A stretch of DNA of 64,000 nucleotides, from positions 186,001-250,000 of the forward strand of contig JBEWZL010000219.1 of the NCBI GenBank assembly GCA_045837725.1, written 5' to 3'. This document shows positions 61,923 to 64,000 of this stretch, one piece after another. This DNA comes from Vermamoeba vermiformis (Eukaryota). Under the pieces are notes generated by a model. It was not told the origin of the DNA. It did not search any database and was given only the letters and a program-made list of their open reading frames with translations. Position numbers and translations under genes: made by a program. Within the stretch, counting starts at the first letter, position 1. The number at the start of each line of letters is the position of its first letter.

Positions 61923-64000
61923 CTATTCGATGTCTTCCAATTTGACGTACTCGTCAACTTGCTTTTTGCTTTTCTTGCTGCTCGACTTGTCGATCACGAT
62001 CACTTCTTCGGAGTTATTGATGCTCTCTTCGGCGCTAGATGCTTGATTGTTATTAATATGAGAAGGAGAACCATCAGCGCTCTCCATCTCTTCTTCCTCG
62101 TCCAACACGAAATTCTTCGAGTCCGGTTTGGAATCCGTGGAGGATGACATCAATTTGGATTGGCGCTTGTTCCTTATCTATAATAATCGTATTAATTACT
62201 ATGGCCTCCGCACAAAAACTGAAAAAACTAAAAGGGTATCGTGGATTTGCGATCACAATGCATCCCGAAGTAAGACTTACTTCTGTTAGCGTAAACAGCA
62301 ACGAGAGGCAATGTTTCATCGAGAGCTAATAAGAGTGGAATAGCAGGAGACTCCCAACCGGTCATAGCAACAGAGTACAAGTGGTTCTTGACCTCCACAT
62401 CCAGCTGGTTCTGCAGCTCTTCGTCGGTCTTAATCACGCGGAAATCTATCATATATACATTAGTACTCGCAGTCTCTAATAAATATACTCCTTACCAATC
62501 TTATTCTTGCGGAACAATCGTTGCAAAATTGACGAAGTTCGGCTGTCCTCGCCTTGTTCAATTTTGATCACGGTCAATCTGGCCTCGCGAGCCTCGACTA
62601 TTTTTAGCGCGTAATCCAATGCCAAGTCATCGTGCGTGCCTGATTTGTACACGAAGAGAATGGACTCGATCTTCAATGCACCGGTCAACGAGCGTTGCAA
62701 AACAACCGCCACATTGCTCGAGCACTTCGAGATGATCTTGTTCATAGTCTAAAATAATAATGTTATTATAGTTATATTCAATATTAATTTATAATATTCA
62801 TACCGTGCCGCGCAGAGTTGTTTTCTTTGTGCCCATCACGATCAGATCCACTCCTCGCTGAACAGCTTCAGTCGCAATATCTTCGCCATAGTTAGAGCTC
62901 ATGCGTGATATGATCTATGAATATAACATTGTTAATGCCATTACTCAAAAAGAAAAAAGATCTCGTACCTCAGACACATCCAGTCTCAACATTTTAGCGC
63001 GTTGAGCAGCGGCAATAATAACATCGTCGTTCTTCTTAGCCTATAAAAGCGTTAGGAAGTGTCACTGGAGAGCACGTGGAGCTATGTACCTTGTCAGGGT
63101 TAGATGCCACGACGAGATCTGACGGTCTGTTACTGGCTTCGAACAAACGCGTGATGAACACTTTAGGCGCTGTTTTTTGCTTGTAATTCACGAGTGACCT
63201 AGCAAGAGTACGTTAGATGTTATCACTCTAATGCCTTTTATGTATTACTTACTGTGCCAAGCTGACCATCAGTGGCGCAGTCAGACTGTAGTTCGTGCAA
63301 ACCATAATGTTGATGGCTTCCTCACTGTAGACAATGGATACGTTATATTGACTTGTATTAATATCGAGCAGTCGCTACGTACTTTGGATTCATGAACTGA
63401 GGTGCATTGGACTGGTAAGGATTGCCACCAATGCGGAACACAAGAGCAACGAGCGGCGAGACTAACATGGTGTTGACAAGCACTGTCACGACGAGAATGG
63501 CAAAGAGACGCTCAGTGATGATGTTGTGCGTGATGCCCAAGTTCAATATGATCAAGGCCACGAGACCCTTTGCGCTCATCAAGACGCCAAAGACGGCTGA
63601 CTCAGTCCACGAGAACTTGCCGAGGAATCTAGCGGGCAGACCTTCGCCAACAGCTTTGCTGATAATCGCCGCAAATGTGCACAAAATGACGTAGCCCCAC
63701 ACGGTGCCTGAGTTCAAGAGGCCGAGATGAGTGTTCAGGCCAATGATAGTGAAGAACAACGGCAAGAACACTACGGTCACCAAGTCTTCAATACGCTCGA
63801 CCAATTGGTGCTGTAACAGTGTTAGTACGACGAGCAAATAAGTTGGGGTTAGCACTTACAGGCAAGTTGACAAATCGAGGCACGCAAATGCCAACCAAGA
63901 ACGCGCCAACAATAGCACTCAGACCAATAATTTCAGCGATCCTAAGTAGGTGTTAGTACTGATAATGATGCTAAATAGAGGACAGCACAACGTACCAGGC
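61923..64000 (-). CDS. CPA2 cation/H+ antiporter (Kha1/CHX-like) with a USP-like cytoplasmic tail, 5'-partial
   Basis: GLSAIVGAFLVG, IEDLVTVVFLPLFFTIIGL, GVLMSAKGLVALIILNLG; tail with DLIVMG and HDDLALDYA. Confidence 0.9.

Noticed and set aside
1-64000. Many overlapping antisense and alternate-frame ORFs in the supplied track (e.g. 5102-5590, 5699-6169, 13149-13754, 37749-38111)
   Set aside because: They shadow well-supported genes and show no recognisable motifs of their own.

Overview
Gene-dense, intron-rich eukaryotic DNA. Introns are mostly short (about 45-70 nt) GT-AG, with two clear GC-AG cases. The gene content (Zn2Cys6 factor, TKL kinases, 7TM-kinase fusions, cAR/Frizzled-like 7TM receptors) points to an amoebozoan-like protist; this is inference. 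About 30 genes were reconstructed by hand-splicing. The first half holds an Atg17/Atg11-like protein, a PHF12/Rco1-like PHD-PHD-FHA protein, G-alpha, ATP synthase OSCP, a DH-PH-WW RhoGEF, a TKL kinase, NIT1, SEN2, a Zn2Cys6 factor, a SET methyltransferase, a sphingomyelinase-like hydrolase and an S28 peptidase. The second half holds surface proteins, HSP20, four tandem 7TM receptors, two TPRA1-like 7TM-kinase fusions, NmrA-like, SGNH and SDR enzymes, a PA-domain 7TM protein and a CPA2 antiporter. Most notable: (1) an 89-aa, five-exon gene missed by the ORF track that encodes only the cortactin/HS1 N-terminal acidic module; (2) a 7TM-rich region at 38-62 kb, with receptor-kinase fusions whose kinase N-lobes are homogenised and four receptors that all end in CC[V/I]; (3) four single-base frameshifts in otherwise intact genes, probably sequencing error. 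No rRNA, tRNA, CRISPR array or transposase was recognised. Multi-exon coordinates run from start codon to stop codon, and all calls come from motif recognition without database searches.
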